Origin: an uncultured Clostridia bacterium
GTDB lineage: Bacteria; Bacillota; Clostridia; TANB77; CAG-508
Direction: 5' to 3'
Length of the DNA stretch: 64,000 bases
Assembly (NCBI GenBank): GCA_948560265.1
Contig: CAOXTD010000001.1
Span: 9,439-73,438 of the forward strand
Position numbers and translations under genes: made by a program. Numbering within the stretch: the first letter of the stretch is position 1; each line of letters opens with the position of its first letter. Positions 41,801 through 43,345 of this stretch are shown here, piece after piece. The notes under the pieces were generated by a model. The model was not told where the DNA came from. It saw nothing but the letters and a program-made list of their open reading frames with translations, and did no database searches.

Positions 41801-43221
41801 TAGAGCAAGATGTGATTGTTGTACCAGTTGTTGTAACTGCTCAAAATGGTATTGCAAAAGAAACCTATAACATTACTTTAAGAAGAGTTAGCAATAATAC
41901 AGGAATTAAACAAATACTAGTCAATGGGGAAGACGTGGATTTAACAACATTTGAACACATTGTGAAAAATGTAAATGAATCAAGTATTGTGATTATTCCA
42001 GAGGATGAAAATGCAACCGTTAAGTTAGATAGTACAGATTCTAGTACAAATGATAACACTTGGAAAGTGGCTACTTCTACAACTACTATTAGGGGAATTA
42101 CAGTAACAGCACCAGATGGAACTGAAAAAGAATACACACTTACTTTAATGAAAAAGGTAACAATTTCAGGAACTATCACAGATGAAAACATTATGGATAA
42201 ACATATTGCAAAAGTCTTTGTTTACCAAACAGATGACACAAGAAAAGAAAGTACCAAAACAGATTTGAACGGTATTGAACTAGATGAAACAAATGGAACA
42301 GTTCAAACTGATATTAGGGAAATTATTGCAGAGGTAGAAACAGAGCCAGATGGAAGTTATGAAATCGTGTTAGAACCAGGAGAGTATGATGTGGTATTCG
42401 TAAAACCAGGATATTTAACACATAGAATTACTCATATTGATATTTCTAAAGGAAAAGGTGCAGAATTAGAAACTGTAAAAATGTTAGCTGGTGATGTTGT
42501 TGAAACAGGCGAAATTGAATTAGACGACTTAGTAAGTATCAACGAACAATATGGTTTAACAGTAAGTTATGCAGATGGCGTAAATGACGCAAATGTAAAA
42601 TATGACTTTAATGGTGATGGTATCGTAGATAGCAAAGATAGAAATATCTTAAAGAAAAACTACGGTAAAAAAGCAAAAACAGTAAAATGGGTTGATCCAG
42701 ACGAAGTAGCAAAACAAGAAGCGGCAAAAGCAGCAAGAAAAGCTACAGCAAATGTAAGCAGTGAGACTAGGGGAACTTCTGCTTATGAAGGACAATTCGT
42801 ATTACCACTAAATAGCAAATACACCATTACATCAAACTATGGGGACAGATTTGGACCTATTACACAAGATAATGAAAAACACACAGGAATTGATATTGCA
42901 GGAGAACATCATGCAGAGGTATTAAGTGTTGCTGATGGGGAAGTAACATGGGCAGGCGTACAAAATGGTTATGGTAACTGTATTGAAGTGAAACATATTG
43001 TTAATGGGGAAACAATATACAGCTTCTATGCACACTTATCAGAAATCAAAGTACAAGTCGGAGATAAAGTAGTACAAGGCCAAGTAATTGCTTTAGAAGG
43101 TGGAGATCCAAACACTGACCCTAATCCGGGGGACAGCACAGGACACCACTTACACTTCGAGATGAGAACCAACTCTGGTTATGGAAATGATGTAGACCCA
43201 AGCAAGTATATTAATTTCTAA
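11890..43221 (+). CDS. Giant secreted/anchored multi-propeller protein (~10,443 aa; 10,448 aa if the GTG at 11875 is used) with a C-terminal M23 peptidase
   Basis: Uninterrupted reading frame of ~31.3 kb. GAGGG RBS 8 nt before the ATG at 11890. N-terminal signal/anchor MKLSKKLRKRRNKKLLTLLVGAVATTSVVLATQ.
Module order: 17 x (7 RCC1 repeats + Big_2), 23 cadherin-like repeats, CarboxypepD_reg-like, dockerin-like, M23. A terminator lies at 43346-43375. Confidence 0.92.
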   Translation: MKLSKKLRKRRNKKLLTLLVGAVATTSVVLATQLTDFKTLTENLSKLGMQRENNAYQLLSDSQDTTAHLPTLTDEAKENIGVAAGNNFTAVLKADGTVWTWGNNNCGQLGNGEILNAATYELTQVIGVGGEGHLENIKQIAVGTNEVYALTKDGKVIAWGRNNYAQLGRGATGNSGTPEYVLTQVDITDEEGNKTTQDVPLENIKQITAGERHALAIDNNGNVWAWGLNHVGQLGLNVISTTSSNPNYKKAYAVKMQKEVEVTDEEGNITTKTVNLDNVKQVSAGNDFSVILTNDGKVYCTGIGTSGQIGNNAAVNVMIPTQVQGLEDVEKIDAGGSHTLALKNDGTVWAWGLNRYGQLGINTASTSSSNASYKRIYPVQVLKAAGTPLEDITEISANLETSYAITKTGEAFGWGLNTSGQIGDGTAANKLIATQTKKPAGEYITGTKMLSTGQNTNAHYIIDEKGDIYGSGLSTSYQMLSDRVTATNVATRLDESYFKLSNNQSYLEVGNTLNLQVGYYNGLNLLNRKVVPGNVTFRSSNEDIATVSANGTITAKAKGYVTIIAEDTTNGYTTQSMINIVAKGATALPQVASGTLATVYLKEDGTVWTSGDGANGMLGNGYTKIINKPVQVKIGTNEYLTDVRKVEIGTEHVIALRKDGTVWTWGLGTSGQLGDGANATRYYATQVVDETGEDYLQNIIDVAAGIDYCLALKQDGTVVGWGVGTNHSLGVNNTANRAIPIKMHDSYNIIQVQGGSDTSTVLKADGTVQAVGLGTSGQLGDNTAATKGELVYAINETLDGKLTGVVRIVTGSHHTIALKEDKTARIWGYNNYGQIGMNNTTNYKHAIPLKNVGNTDIMQNIKDIATGPSATYVLDTQGNVYAVGLNTTGQLSIGNATTVKIFTQAKDENGEPLTGVATISSSKNTTFGFAFTDGSIGVTGLGTSGQHGNWTLASSNKMTRIQGAILDTGNIYETYVNDTIKLNINIKPAFNLNVDSEKTLQIGELTYQSLDEEIATVSTDGTVIGMKEGTTGIVITDTTNELETTAYVTVGKRDFSDIHKIVAGTSHTVLLKQDGTVWAWGGNNVGQLGNGEIFAKQATQATQVLNPEGTGYLTDIVDIAAGNNFTVALKRNGTVVAWGENTYGQLGNTNGTAERPIYVVDMYANQLTGVVDISAARDHAAAVKADGTVWAWGRNDYGQIGNNSTLATCAYAVQVLDATGTDYLKDIKQVSVGQAFVAALAKDGTVWSWGAGTLGQLGNGAKTTKKLPVQATGVTDVKKIVAGNAGVAVLKADGTVWCWGINRYGTLGYGTLSTSSSNANYLKTTQIQVKIDANTYLENVVDIGGTMESRFALTQDGIVYGWGLNTTGELGDSTTTNKAYATKNLRRYKDEVEKTVVKLNESSSGYTNYMIKEDGSILANGKVVNGQILDGGLYSDARTCVEDVLASYMEFANRIEYVKQGTTKKLEVRGVENLNVFAKAPELGNITWKSMNENVVSIDQNGNITAKELGQATIIAKDDKHGYRAQATIYVTANKAEAITAPMVVQGTGFTVALKADGTVWTTGLNNNGALGDGTTTNRENLEPVKIDENTNLTNVVRIAAGNSHVLAVTKDGYVYAWGLNGNGQLGINSTAKQTYAQKVLDETGENYLQNIIDVAAGGLHSIAIDNQGNVYTWGKGGNYQLGNYATANKLIPVRVWDTYNVVKAAGGAEYTVLLRGDGTAQGTGLNTNGWLAMGDATTRYTPLEMGSNAEGAIQREIYDITAGANHTIFLKEDGKVYTVGLNTSGQLATGNATASNVLVVAQTKNEKGELVDLENIASISCGGATSFAVSKNGEVYSTGLNTSGQLGLGNKTSPINTFTKVLDYQGENTLQNVTTIGKGAGNTINSSYITKDGTLYTAGDNTNGQLGNGTYIASQLPVIVGNAELKVANTQMKLTVNGEEQIALSLELGFNVYDNTKEVGTNLTYEATNPEVVTVSNTGKVTGKRLGTTRIKITDKTNDLEKYVPVTVLHSYGYTESKVSSGINFSVALKEDGSVWAWGVGTSGRLGNGATTNQINEVPVLAPNGKDQLTGVKDIAVGYDSAMALLEDGTMVAWGNNGSYNLGDGTNTDRSIPVYVVDANGDKIQNITKIAKGNDFSLALTKDGEVYAWGWNAYGQLGNGGTSTTVVPAKVKDQTGKGTLKGIIDVQCGMRWSMALGEDGTVWTWGYNVDGELGNGTTDQVNVPKISKLSNIDKLATSAYAAMAIDKDGQLWSWGWNGYGQLADGTTTSRPTPIKPKLDANTIVTDVIDVGTAGGTHYILDSNYKVYAVGQNGQGQIGDNTTTNRSYFTQVKAKYGETLTDKFVKISSSVARPDSNTDTSTAYLTREDGSIFGLGKNSSYQLFGKNTDVIKCAKPMQTSYLEITQRINRIKIGENTKLVLNMEQNFNIYSKTPVTGNITWTSSNESIVAVDKDGNVTGLKEGQATITAKDDKYGYIATAIVYVTRNTANTITIPQVSQGQKFTIVLKADGTVWASGQNNVGQCGIDSTVANIGKLTPVKTDKGANLNNIVKIVSGLEYTLALTKDGKVYGWGLNSNGQLGINSKTNQFTATYMLDEEGENPVTDVIDIAAGDCFSTILKSNGELYTVGNGTYSQLGNGTTTTTMVLGKMEEMQNVVQVVNGGYHTIMLRGDQTVWTVGRNRYGEMGINSIKDSSTATAQGIGIARQVINQDLNGVLKNITQVTAGGYHSAALSNTKEVYSWGYGADGQLGTGKASNFYYPQPVLSYKPTAEADEQITGITQIGSSERSIFFLTENNEVYATGENSNYQLSQDNTTDLLKPSGLYDYTGEKYIDQIANVPTAAKNIYNTAVIKQDGTVWVSGLGANGQVGNEEFQTAKLYTRMGIAKLQVSDKIVTIPQGGTHTLNVSVNQGFNVYEGQTDKANKLQFTSSNTSIATVSENGVITAVKQGEVRITIYDPEHDWTTSSIVKVTRDAQDKVKAEVSTGNAGIILKTDGSVWSTGGNTYGERGVGDKAKHLQETPVLDPNGKDHLTDVISISAGQYFNAAVKRDGRVVTWGLNNYGQLGNKTNVNSEIPVYVLDANGNPLTGIIQVSCGFEFTIALKEDGTVWTWGYNYYGQLGDNTASNRNYAVQVKDRSGLGYLQGICQVATNRNTTFALTDTGEVYSWGYNYDGQLGDGTRNTGSSAGGRRKILPVKALINDVARIVGGMHSTIALKNDGTIWTWGLNRYGTLGYGASSTSDNSNYAKATPMQVKIDSATFLTNVVEIGTAHEADYAITKDGKAYSWGYNNVGQLGVNNTTNYSYAQLVKRMYGELLTDKVVTLNKGVSASTCYMIREDGTILGVGHNATTQRMLSNRNVNFTTVQELRPDFMEVNQRISYVKQGETLKLDVHIAQNLNAFAGHIQLGNLSYASSNPEIAEVSNDGTVTAVGLGETTITIKDLDHGYQAQAVVYVIQNNEKAITMPDISQGDTFSVFLKADGTVWTVGLNSNGQCGDGTTINRSKPVRVKINSKEYLSNIVKISAGVDHVMALSKTGEVYTWGFNDVGQLGNGSTTRGVFASKMLDSNGQNPISNVIDINSGYKFSLMLFNDGTVWGVGRNVYGELGILNNANKSLPVQMDGIANAIRVQASSSGASIQIANGTVWTTGYNYYGTLGQNGTNTGSSAAAQGRNIPNPVINNARDAVLRNVVKLSGGLHQNIVLQEDNTVWAWGYNNVGQYGTGNTTSFAYPVRVKTMGVDPIDKVVNIGTSGYNTLLQTVDAQNKKHTWISGYNNNGQLGNNTTTNATSFIPLNNKDNTGEAENIDILPDDARGYQTSGVIDTNGTVWTVGLNNYGQLGDDTVYNRKNIVQVGEIALKVEDIIFTMNPNDTKQIKAYIEDSFNVYIKENQVGTLKFESLDTAIAEVSDTGVVTAKGIGDTLIRVIDTTRDIQSAVYVKVIKKQEDMQYEPMVDGGSNHSVALKGDGTVWAWGYNKYGQLGNNTTVTTEMPTQVLGKDANGFLTDIQMIASGTNHVLALKNDGTVWAWGYNNYGQLGDNTQITRYTPVQVLSEDANSPLQDIIYIAAGTNYSVAVNKKGEVWTWGQNDYGQLGDGTKTAKYTPVRVKANLSGIIKVACGIRHTVALKADGSVYTWGDNANGQLSDNTNSQRIIPVKVLETVDTYLSDAISISASSYSTHILKSNGTVISSGLGTSGQLGNNGKVNTKLPVTAVGVGGTDTLTQIRNIKSGANTTYALRKDGTVVAWGIGTSGELGNETFANSLFPVEVVNHTQDGIMSNILYIGAGANHGLAVEDTGYVEVWGLNNQKQVGDITIAKTAHPLYIGSKVVAVPSKVTMEMGDTQALKVSMQSFNLFRAEEDLNRNVTYQSLNETVATVSADGVITAKAMGVTTIVVKDGLSNKVTTVEVSVLENGAIATPKVVSGINHTVALKADGTVWTWGYNHHGQLGDGTTKSSYIPQKIGLTDVIDVAAGDHFSMALKKDGTIWVWGVNDRGQLAQGNTVESLTPVPVKGVNGDPLPKAKKITACRFQWLAILETGEVVGCGSNTGSILGDGTSTDKHLPVYMLDHTGSAHVKEVKDIGIGQCESFIVKEDGTIWSVGHNCAGGMGVGNTSAYSKIRQVQDTTGTGVLTNIIQVSCGGWYNLALDANGNVWAMGRNKEGELGINNTTNQTRPQKVLGVNGTGYLENIVRIEAGYYSSFAIDKAGNVYGWGYNNNGQLGINNTTTQKVPKQVLAGATGGNLDDVMFVSSNGYHTTFVKYDGTVWTTGYNGNGELGNDSTVKRLTVECISNPRLEVDQKYLLFGPNIGETKKVNVKVNSGFNLLTDTVPAGANTYKSLNTSIAQVDQNGNVTSTGSGTTYIKITNDTLGLATTVKVVVPYRDGMIVPKIVGGANHYVALKSDGTVWTWGYNGYGQLGIGNTEKQLEPVKTNMTDVIDIAAGTNYTAVLKRDGTVWVTGQNNYGQLGQNDTANTTNFVQVKSENGLSHLEGIVAITAVNYHMAALKSDGTVVAWGYNAYGQLGNNTTTTAKLPTRVRRVSSIMDIAAGGNFLILLDADGSVWATGHSNYGQLGQNNTTASRIPIKMLNPAGSGEMTGIIKIGAGSNHTVLLGENGKVYSVGYNGYGQLAIGNTTQKNLLVEAKEVGGAVITNAADIVAKNHTTTILRKDGSVYTAGYNGYGQAGNGTTVANKYFTKMLGEYGEGDFTNVLLGAQTNNTTAVANNIGSVYTAGYNAYGQLGDKTTKSATYLVGISHTSLEVKEPIMTIQQIGSQKQIECKLNLGFNILYNNLETENYTYKVLNKDIASVDQNGVVTALKYGSTSIEITNQETGNKATVILNVVRDGDIANPKVASGVDYNVALKSDGTVWTWGYNNYGELGLGDNTRRLEPTKVNITGVIDIAVGNHHTLLLKQDGTVWAMGLNNYGQIGNNTTTNAMLPVQVQGLENIIRIEAGANHSIALKSDGRAYGWGYNAYGQLGDNTTTRRSLPVEVRRINNLKAISAGNHSTAALDTDGNVWVWGLNTSGQLGLGTKTNVILPTKLTSVSKIAQVEMGINYGMVVTENGEVYSFGVNDVGQLGIGNKTNQTTPKQVLQQDKTPLTNVEYVAAGTKHVFAKTKNGLAYGWGLDTSSQLGDDQTTNKLNAVPITYAGGADEITEVLEIDAGNAHSILVREDGTVWTVGKNNYGQLGDETTVNKKSWVCISDIRIKVKETSITISSVGGKYNLNPVLGVGFNLLYNDGADGDFAYASKDTATADVSEKGVITGIKRGKTKIGITETNTEKTIYVDVYVLDEKDVAFPQIVTGESTTIALKADGTVWTWGQNDKGQLGLGDNKNRIAPTKVEIDNVVKIATSGNHTLALKKDGTVWAWGQGTAGQLGTGLLQNSNVPVQVRDETGVNVLQNIKEIATANQLSMVVTKEGKVYAWGLGTSGQIGNGAKSNQTMPTKTLGLSNITKIAGGNLSCYAITDEGEAYAWGYNNRGQLGDGTNTVRTQPVKIPNLTGMIEISAASTDQVIALKDDGTVWGWGYKTLGALTDVGGSTPKQIAGKTNRMKDIASISAGYYAGLAITDEGKVLGWGTNGFGGLGNGTTTNTAIPTNVMENSTKELDQIFVIAMGKNYSVYAKEDGSVWATGTNEFGQLGNTSTVTIHTPENISQDYISTDKLELVFQELNVEQPINATYNLGFNLYNNTSDVKLTYTSDDDTIAAVGENGMVTSRNVGKTYITIRAGELARRVEVNVLQPQEIAAMDAQGGLRHTLALKTNGTLWAFGDNSYGQLGLGTVESTTYHKPQEVRLPENVKITKIAVGNNHNLALDTNGNVYGFGLNANGQLGNNANANSGELVKAEGLTNIVKIAAYKNISMALNKDGELFVWGEGYSKQPEKIEFHTKIIDMTGRIILSEQGSVWNMKNLNEKTPMLTNIVEIASGDSHHLALKADGTVYGFGANSYGQLGQGNTTNADKPVAIANLPKAESVKANLYTSYVLTTTGEVYSFGRNTKSSLGQNSKETYRATPTKIDSSKVQRISAGQNFGIYVDDEGFVYSWGNNDYGQLAQEAKEIITPSVIGTVKVQTDKDYITIQEGETKGISATLNNTFNLRKDVIASDGFTFESMNTGIATTQDIRVTGMKEGITPIVISHPASEQKSAIYVEVVRPNAKSVIDLKAGTDFNLSLKADGSIWSWGSGAYGKLGVGSLENYNEPQQIPTTTRTRQIAVGLEHIVVLSENAKAYTAGKNGNGQCGNGTSVNSKELVEVLNENGKPLENLVMIAAYGNTTYLLDHDGIVYACGAGYNKVATKVANLPKMAQISGHYGITMDKKVVDLSTGNPVEKLQNIIKIAQGDNHTLFLSQDKTVYSLGTNTNGQGGIGTKTNIMTPTQVKNNVGTGILTTVVDIAAGKNFSMAVLEDGTVYTWGSNENNKLGTDQTNDQILPRRNTNIQNAIKVSAGTNHAAFVANDGRVYAWGNGENGSLGNGVDANSILPVLVGSEEVVADNHHVTLHIDEETTLNANIKSFNLINDLKSEGLTYKSNNAEIVLVDNNGKVTGLKEGKASVTVTQNGTDHQAIIQVTVLRKNAEVNPLVKTTNSSNVILKSDGTVWTYGANDNGELGNGNNTASDNLNKVVFNPEVKIEEIAVGENHTLALDENGEVWAWGSNSYYQLGTSEIANSNRPIKLELGSKVIKIVAGYNSSYAITEDNNLIAWGLNLDGQLGLGNNDNRLLPTKVRTLKNVLDVTAGKSHTVVVTTDGTVYTTGNNSFGSLTGDDYKRNTFKPATNLSNIVYISAGEYHNIALSTKNEVYVWGYNVYGQLGTGNTSNLSTPVKVDIANAKQVSSGKSHSSILTKDGKLYSTGLNSLGQLGTTSKDNQVTFTLVDTIDNVYGIDTGNTYDMAIKNDGTVWAWGDYYHGTTAIRTKSNSRVPTQIGIQNFYLVENDIAVNKDTSKQLQVNPQFEFNVFENNTLENNFSYTSLNEEVATVDENGNVTGKKVGTTWVKVAENTSKAEQIAIIRVVEPGNKVAPKVAGGSDYAVVLKADGSVWSFGYNSNGQLGDSSFVASKVPKEINILKSYTDITAGDNFTLILKNDGTVWGVGDNQYGQLGLGDRASRQTPTVIPNLENVVKIAAGSKHSIALTKYGEVYTWGANTNGKLGTGDTQTKDVPVKIEIPGANIIDVAAGEGYIVLVDSNGSIYVSGKLGNIDSKVPVSVNGITNATKVAAGKDLIVLTKQGNVVKVGEQTTTLYDKKDAVDIAAKGTNYLVLNNSGKLFDGNTSSNGEIGDVLTIGSGMNNTYYIANSGLVYAVGPNQYGSLGNDTTDSSDVYTLVGKRSFTVSPNNVLMSTNDSKDLSLTSERYNVLKQDNRTIDDFDWVSNDTDIVTVEGPAKIKAAAEGETTITVTQKDTGAKVEIVVVVEPLEAQRLEKLAVNEVDAQVSGSMKYEVTIESNEDTGSLVISTKDKTDKISIDGGTTWFENGSLTQVVSLPTPVTQIPIKVQTTNGTVFDYTLDVIKQSTITALESLTVNGTEATATGGTNYSIVVEDADLATVKAVTTHEKAKVGIDSNEVAIHEATQDLSLVDTLIRTVPIKVIAESGKEVNYVLTIYKKSAVTELESVTVDGKEATKNNHLNYSMVVEKETTSVDIKAIAIYDLANVNINNLGAEVKQTTRTITLTGDVTTVKIKVGVGEEEKEYTLTITKKIDGSDLADLFVNGEKATKISDNQYEAVVASNSQTAEVLAIAAVNTSNVQIGANSQEVGKSQVTVATLENANIYTITITDAEDVSKTATYTLTIKKPSTDNSLKYIRISNNEISIDATRENGTDIYRAKINEKYENLTITAVANYELAEVAIEANSYQVKQDTLAYTFNTENATLQIKVKPQDGQEKTYTLILEKQSSDVTLEYVKVNGADAVKSEEKADTYEITLTQKAENVSVEAKTTDKAAEVALNNIVYELQTITKQIAMDAKEITIKINVKAEDGTTKTYDLIIHSVPDNTKLTEVSVNGVKATLQPYSNKYVVRVPSNLSTYAVTAKAEDSLATVKIDNFDAILAQSTQNIAKADPVPTKVAIEVTAQDKESKETYELEIYPRAQDTVLAYLKVDESLVELSQDGQYHVKVAGSTQNVTIEAKTGDENATVGVDAAGTANIVTTVGTLTGDVTVFDIIVTAEDGNTKTYKLNVEKLSSDTSLVGIYVDGIEVNPVDGKYVAKIGNNSTAIVKAIATNPEAKVSVDGNTDALKENQNTIDVNEEEKTIEITVTAEDGTKKIYPLTLQRNSTDNTLLSISGKDVSQDNVVQTSENTYQMIVSNELTTLELTAVTSSKVAEVKIENNNYEVNTQTKEVALPNDTNTVVITVKAESGEEKTYTLTIIKKYILTLDQITVDGIVAEKQEDGTYIAWVDPTNTQSQVVVTPTSSKVQVKVGETIDNIGTTTYTVTTTEDETISKIIVKSPIEEDQVEYTLKIMKKSQDTTLEYVKVDSQVGTEEEDGSYTVKVPVQDDSYKMEVKASNQYAQVKIEDNAFALGTDSYTLDLTGVNGKTVTVTVKAQDGTEKVYTVNVQKVSSDNTLQTVKVNNVEITEQDGIYRAFIKEDVTNANLYVETTHSGATIKLGEDDEKVHTVTKDITMDQSEKTIAMKVTAEDGSVKQYTIIIAKESSDIEIQSVKVDNKGAIVVDEETYYITATPGATEAQVEVIAANQYAFVQINGSEKQVGQNTVTVPLPASTKVVAVPIVITAQNGKNSKTYTLNIEQVSNNTNITKVTVNGKEVATYDEETKTYTHIVDYSVDEAVVTAETENAEATVRIEAGAFSKHIATETVSTAGEINDITITVVAEDGTTENRKLVIKKLSQDASILKLFVNEVDIVANADGSYTAEVLESLSKATVRVKTTNKDAQIWLDGEALENKGEGTKEYSIAGTRKITVPIKIIAEDGVTTNETTLTINIVSDNKNLEYVKVNGAVVTEYDEETNTYKAFIPATSTSAAIEAKAISPYATLNIDGNAGTQVITYTATTEEDITYVYVDVIAEDDSVKTYTIAMQKQSTDNTLKDLYKDGTQVEPQEDENYIIDVPEETKEVSLKAIANNEFATVAIGNETAEVKETTKTVTLGAGKTTVVNITVTAQDQSQRVYTVTINKVSANNHVEYVKVNSNIVTDYDSETKTYEAFIPVGSTSAALEIQTENAYATVEVLDTSVVHNIKVTQTIEEEETLIPVIVTSETGVDETYYIKLTRISTDNTIKEIYVNGTLITKDEDGNYIAEVAENSVDALVKVVANNKYANVQIANGEAKVEVSEETVTLSTDKITNVSITVTSQSGAVANETLVIKKVSDDTGINTVLVNNIECKNYDEKTKTYTAYIGADIEESEVAVMANSQGAQVTIEDVTGTGNASKTVATTAQTTKLAVTITSETGKTAKYTINIVKESADATVELVKVNDKEVQAPYDVTIKKLDTKAKIYVKATNGNATVKIGDEVAEKGSSEVTLTIPLEQDVIVVPVVVTAQNGIAKETYNITLRRVSNNTGIKQILVNGEDVDLTTFEHIVKNVNESSIVIIPEDENATVKLDSTDSSTNDNTWKVATSTTTIRGITVTAPDGTEKEYTLTLMKKVTISGTITDENIMDKHIAKVFVYQTDDTRKESTKTDLNGIELDETNGTVQTDIREIIAEVETEPDGSYEIVLEPGEYDVVFVKPGYLTHRITHIDISKGKGAELETVKMLAGDVVETGEIELDDLVSINEQYGLTVSYADGVNDANVKYDFNGDGIVDSKDRNILKKNYGKKAKTVKWVDPDEVAKQEAAKAARKATANVSSETRGTSAYEGQFVLPLNSKYTITSNYGDRFGPITQDNEKHTGIDIAGEHHAEVLSVADGEVTWAGVQNGYGNCIEVKHIVNGETIYSFYAHLSEIKVQVGDKVVQGQVIALEGGDPNTDPNPGDSTGHHLHFEMRTNSGYGNDVDPSKYINF
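12124..35610 (+). repeat. 17 tandem supermodules, each an RCC1-type beta-propeller followed by a Big_2 Ig-like domain (unit 1.2-1.46 kb)
   Basis: The RCC1 signature recurs (e.g. AAGNNFTAVLKADGTVWTWGNNNCGQLGNG). I counted seven blades in each of the two modules I dissected (1 and 14).
Big_2 domains recognised by ...N.(D/E)IATVS..G.VTA...G...I....; their centres lie near 13530, 14935, 16380, 17800, 19240, 20700, 22155, 23605, 25015, 26425, 27810, 29160, 30510, 31745, 32990, 34310 and 35505. Confidence 0.85.
35611..42156 (+). repeat. 23 tandem cadherin-like beta-sandwich (Pfam PF12733-like) coding repeats (~285 bp each)
   Basis: Each ~95-aa unit begins (S/T)..L..(I/L/V).V(N/D)G and ends ...(T/E)Y.L.I.K.S. 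Examples of unit endings: DYTLDVIKQS, NYVLTIYKKS, TYTLTIKKPS ... EYTLTLMKKVT. Counted by eye. Confidence 0.75.
42157..42672 (+). other. CarboxypepD_reg-like beta-sandwich plus dockerin-like EF-hand pair (domain region of the giant CDS)
   Basis: ISGTITDE...PDGSYEIVLEPGEYDVVFVKPGYLTHRI matches the carboxypeptidase-regulatory-like fold signature. One degenerate loop (GDVVETGEIELDDLVSI) and one canonical Ca-binding loop (DFNGDGIVDSKDRNILKKNYG, 42601-42672). Confidence 0.6.
42796..43218 (+). other. M23/LytM metallopeptidase domain (C-terminus of the giant CDS), catalytic motifs intact
   Basis: HxxxD as HTGIDI (42881-42898), YAHL, and HxH as GHHLHFEM (43141-43164). Flanking ...GYGNCIEVKH...GDKVVQGQVIALEG... 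is typical of Peptidase_M23 (PF01551). Confidence 0.85.
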
Positions 43222-43222
43222 C

Positions 43223-43339
43223 ATGTCGCAGTGGGGACGTTAAGTCAGCTGTGTGAAGCGAAGCGAACTACAGATGATTTATGCGATTGAGCATAGCGAA
43301 ATGTATAGTTAGTGCAATATCTGTCCCCCAATACGACAT
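43223..43339. repeat. REP-like palindromic element, copy A (starts 2 nt after the giant-gene stop)
   Basis: Left arm ATGTCGCAGTGGGGACGTTAAGTCAGC. Right arm CTGTCCCCCAATACGACAT is its imperfect reverse complement. Shares the GGGGACGTTA core with the copies at 56256, 59235 and 62599. Confidence 0.6.
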
Positions 43340-43345
43340 TTTTGC

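Noticed and set aside
12378-42191. About 60 ORFs of 60-195 aa on the minus strand or in other frames inside the giant gene (e.g. 12630..13067, 25254..25760, 35268..35855, 13875..14084).
   Set aside because: They are mirror images of the repeat. Their translations repeat ...PNCP..F.PHAQTVPS..., the antisense reading of DGTVWAWG.N..GQLG. They lack RBSs and are fully embedded in a far better-supported 31-kb frame. They are artefacts of stop-codon-poor antisense frames.
11875-43221. Possibility that the 31-kb ORF is an assembly artefact made of concatenated or collapsed repeats.
   Set aside because: Not adopted, for three reasons. The 17 propeller modules and 23 cadherin-like repeats are clearly diverged from each other and show ordered sub-types. 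The frame stays open throughout. The ends are unique (signal peptide, M23 domain, RBS, terminator). Copy number still needs long-read confirmation, especially as the assembly has three indels elsewhere.
3443-43221. The two giant surface proteins as LPXTG substrates of the nearby sortase.
   Set aside because: Reading the C-terminal regions, I found no LPXTG-like pentapeptide followed by a terminal TM and basic tail. The 2,269-aa protein has a TM plus RRRN but continues for ~85 aa, and the giant protein ends in the M23 domain.
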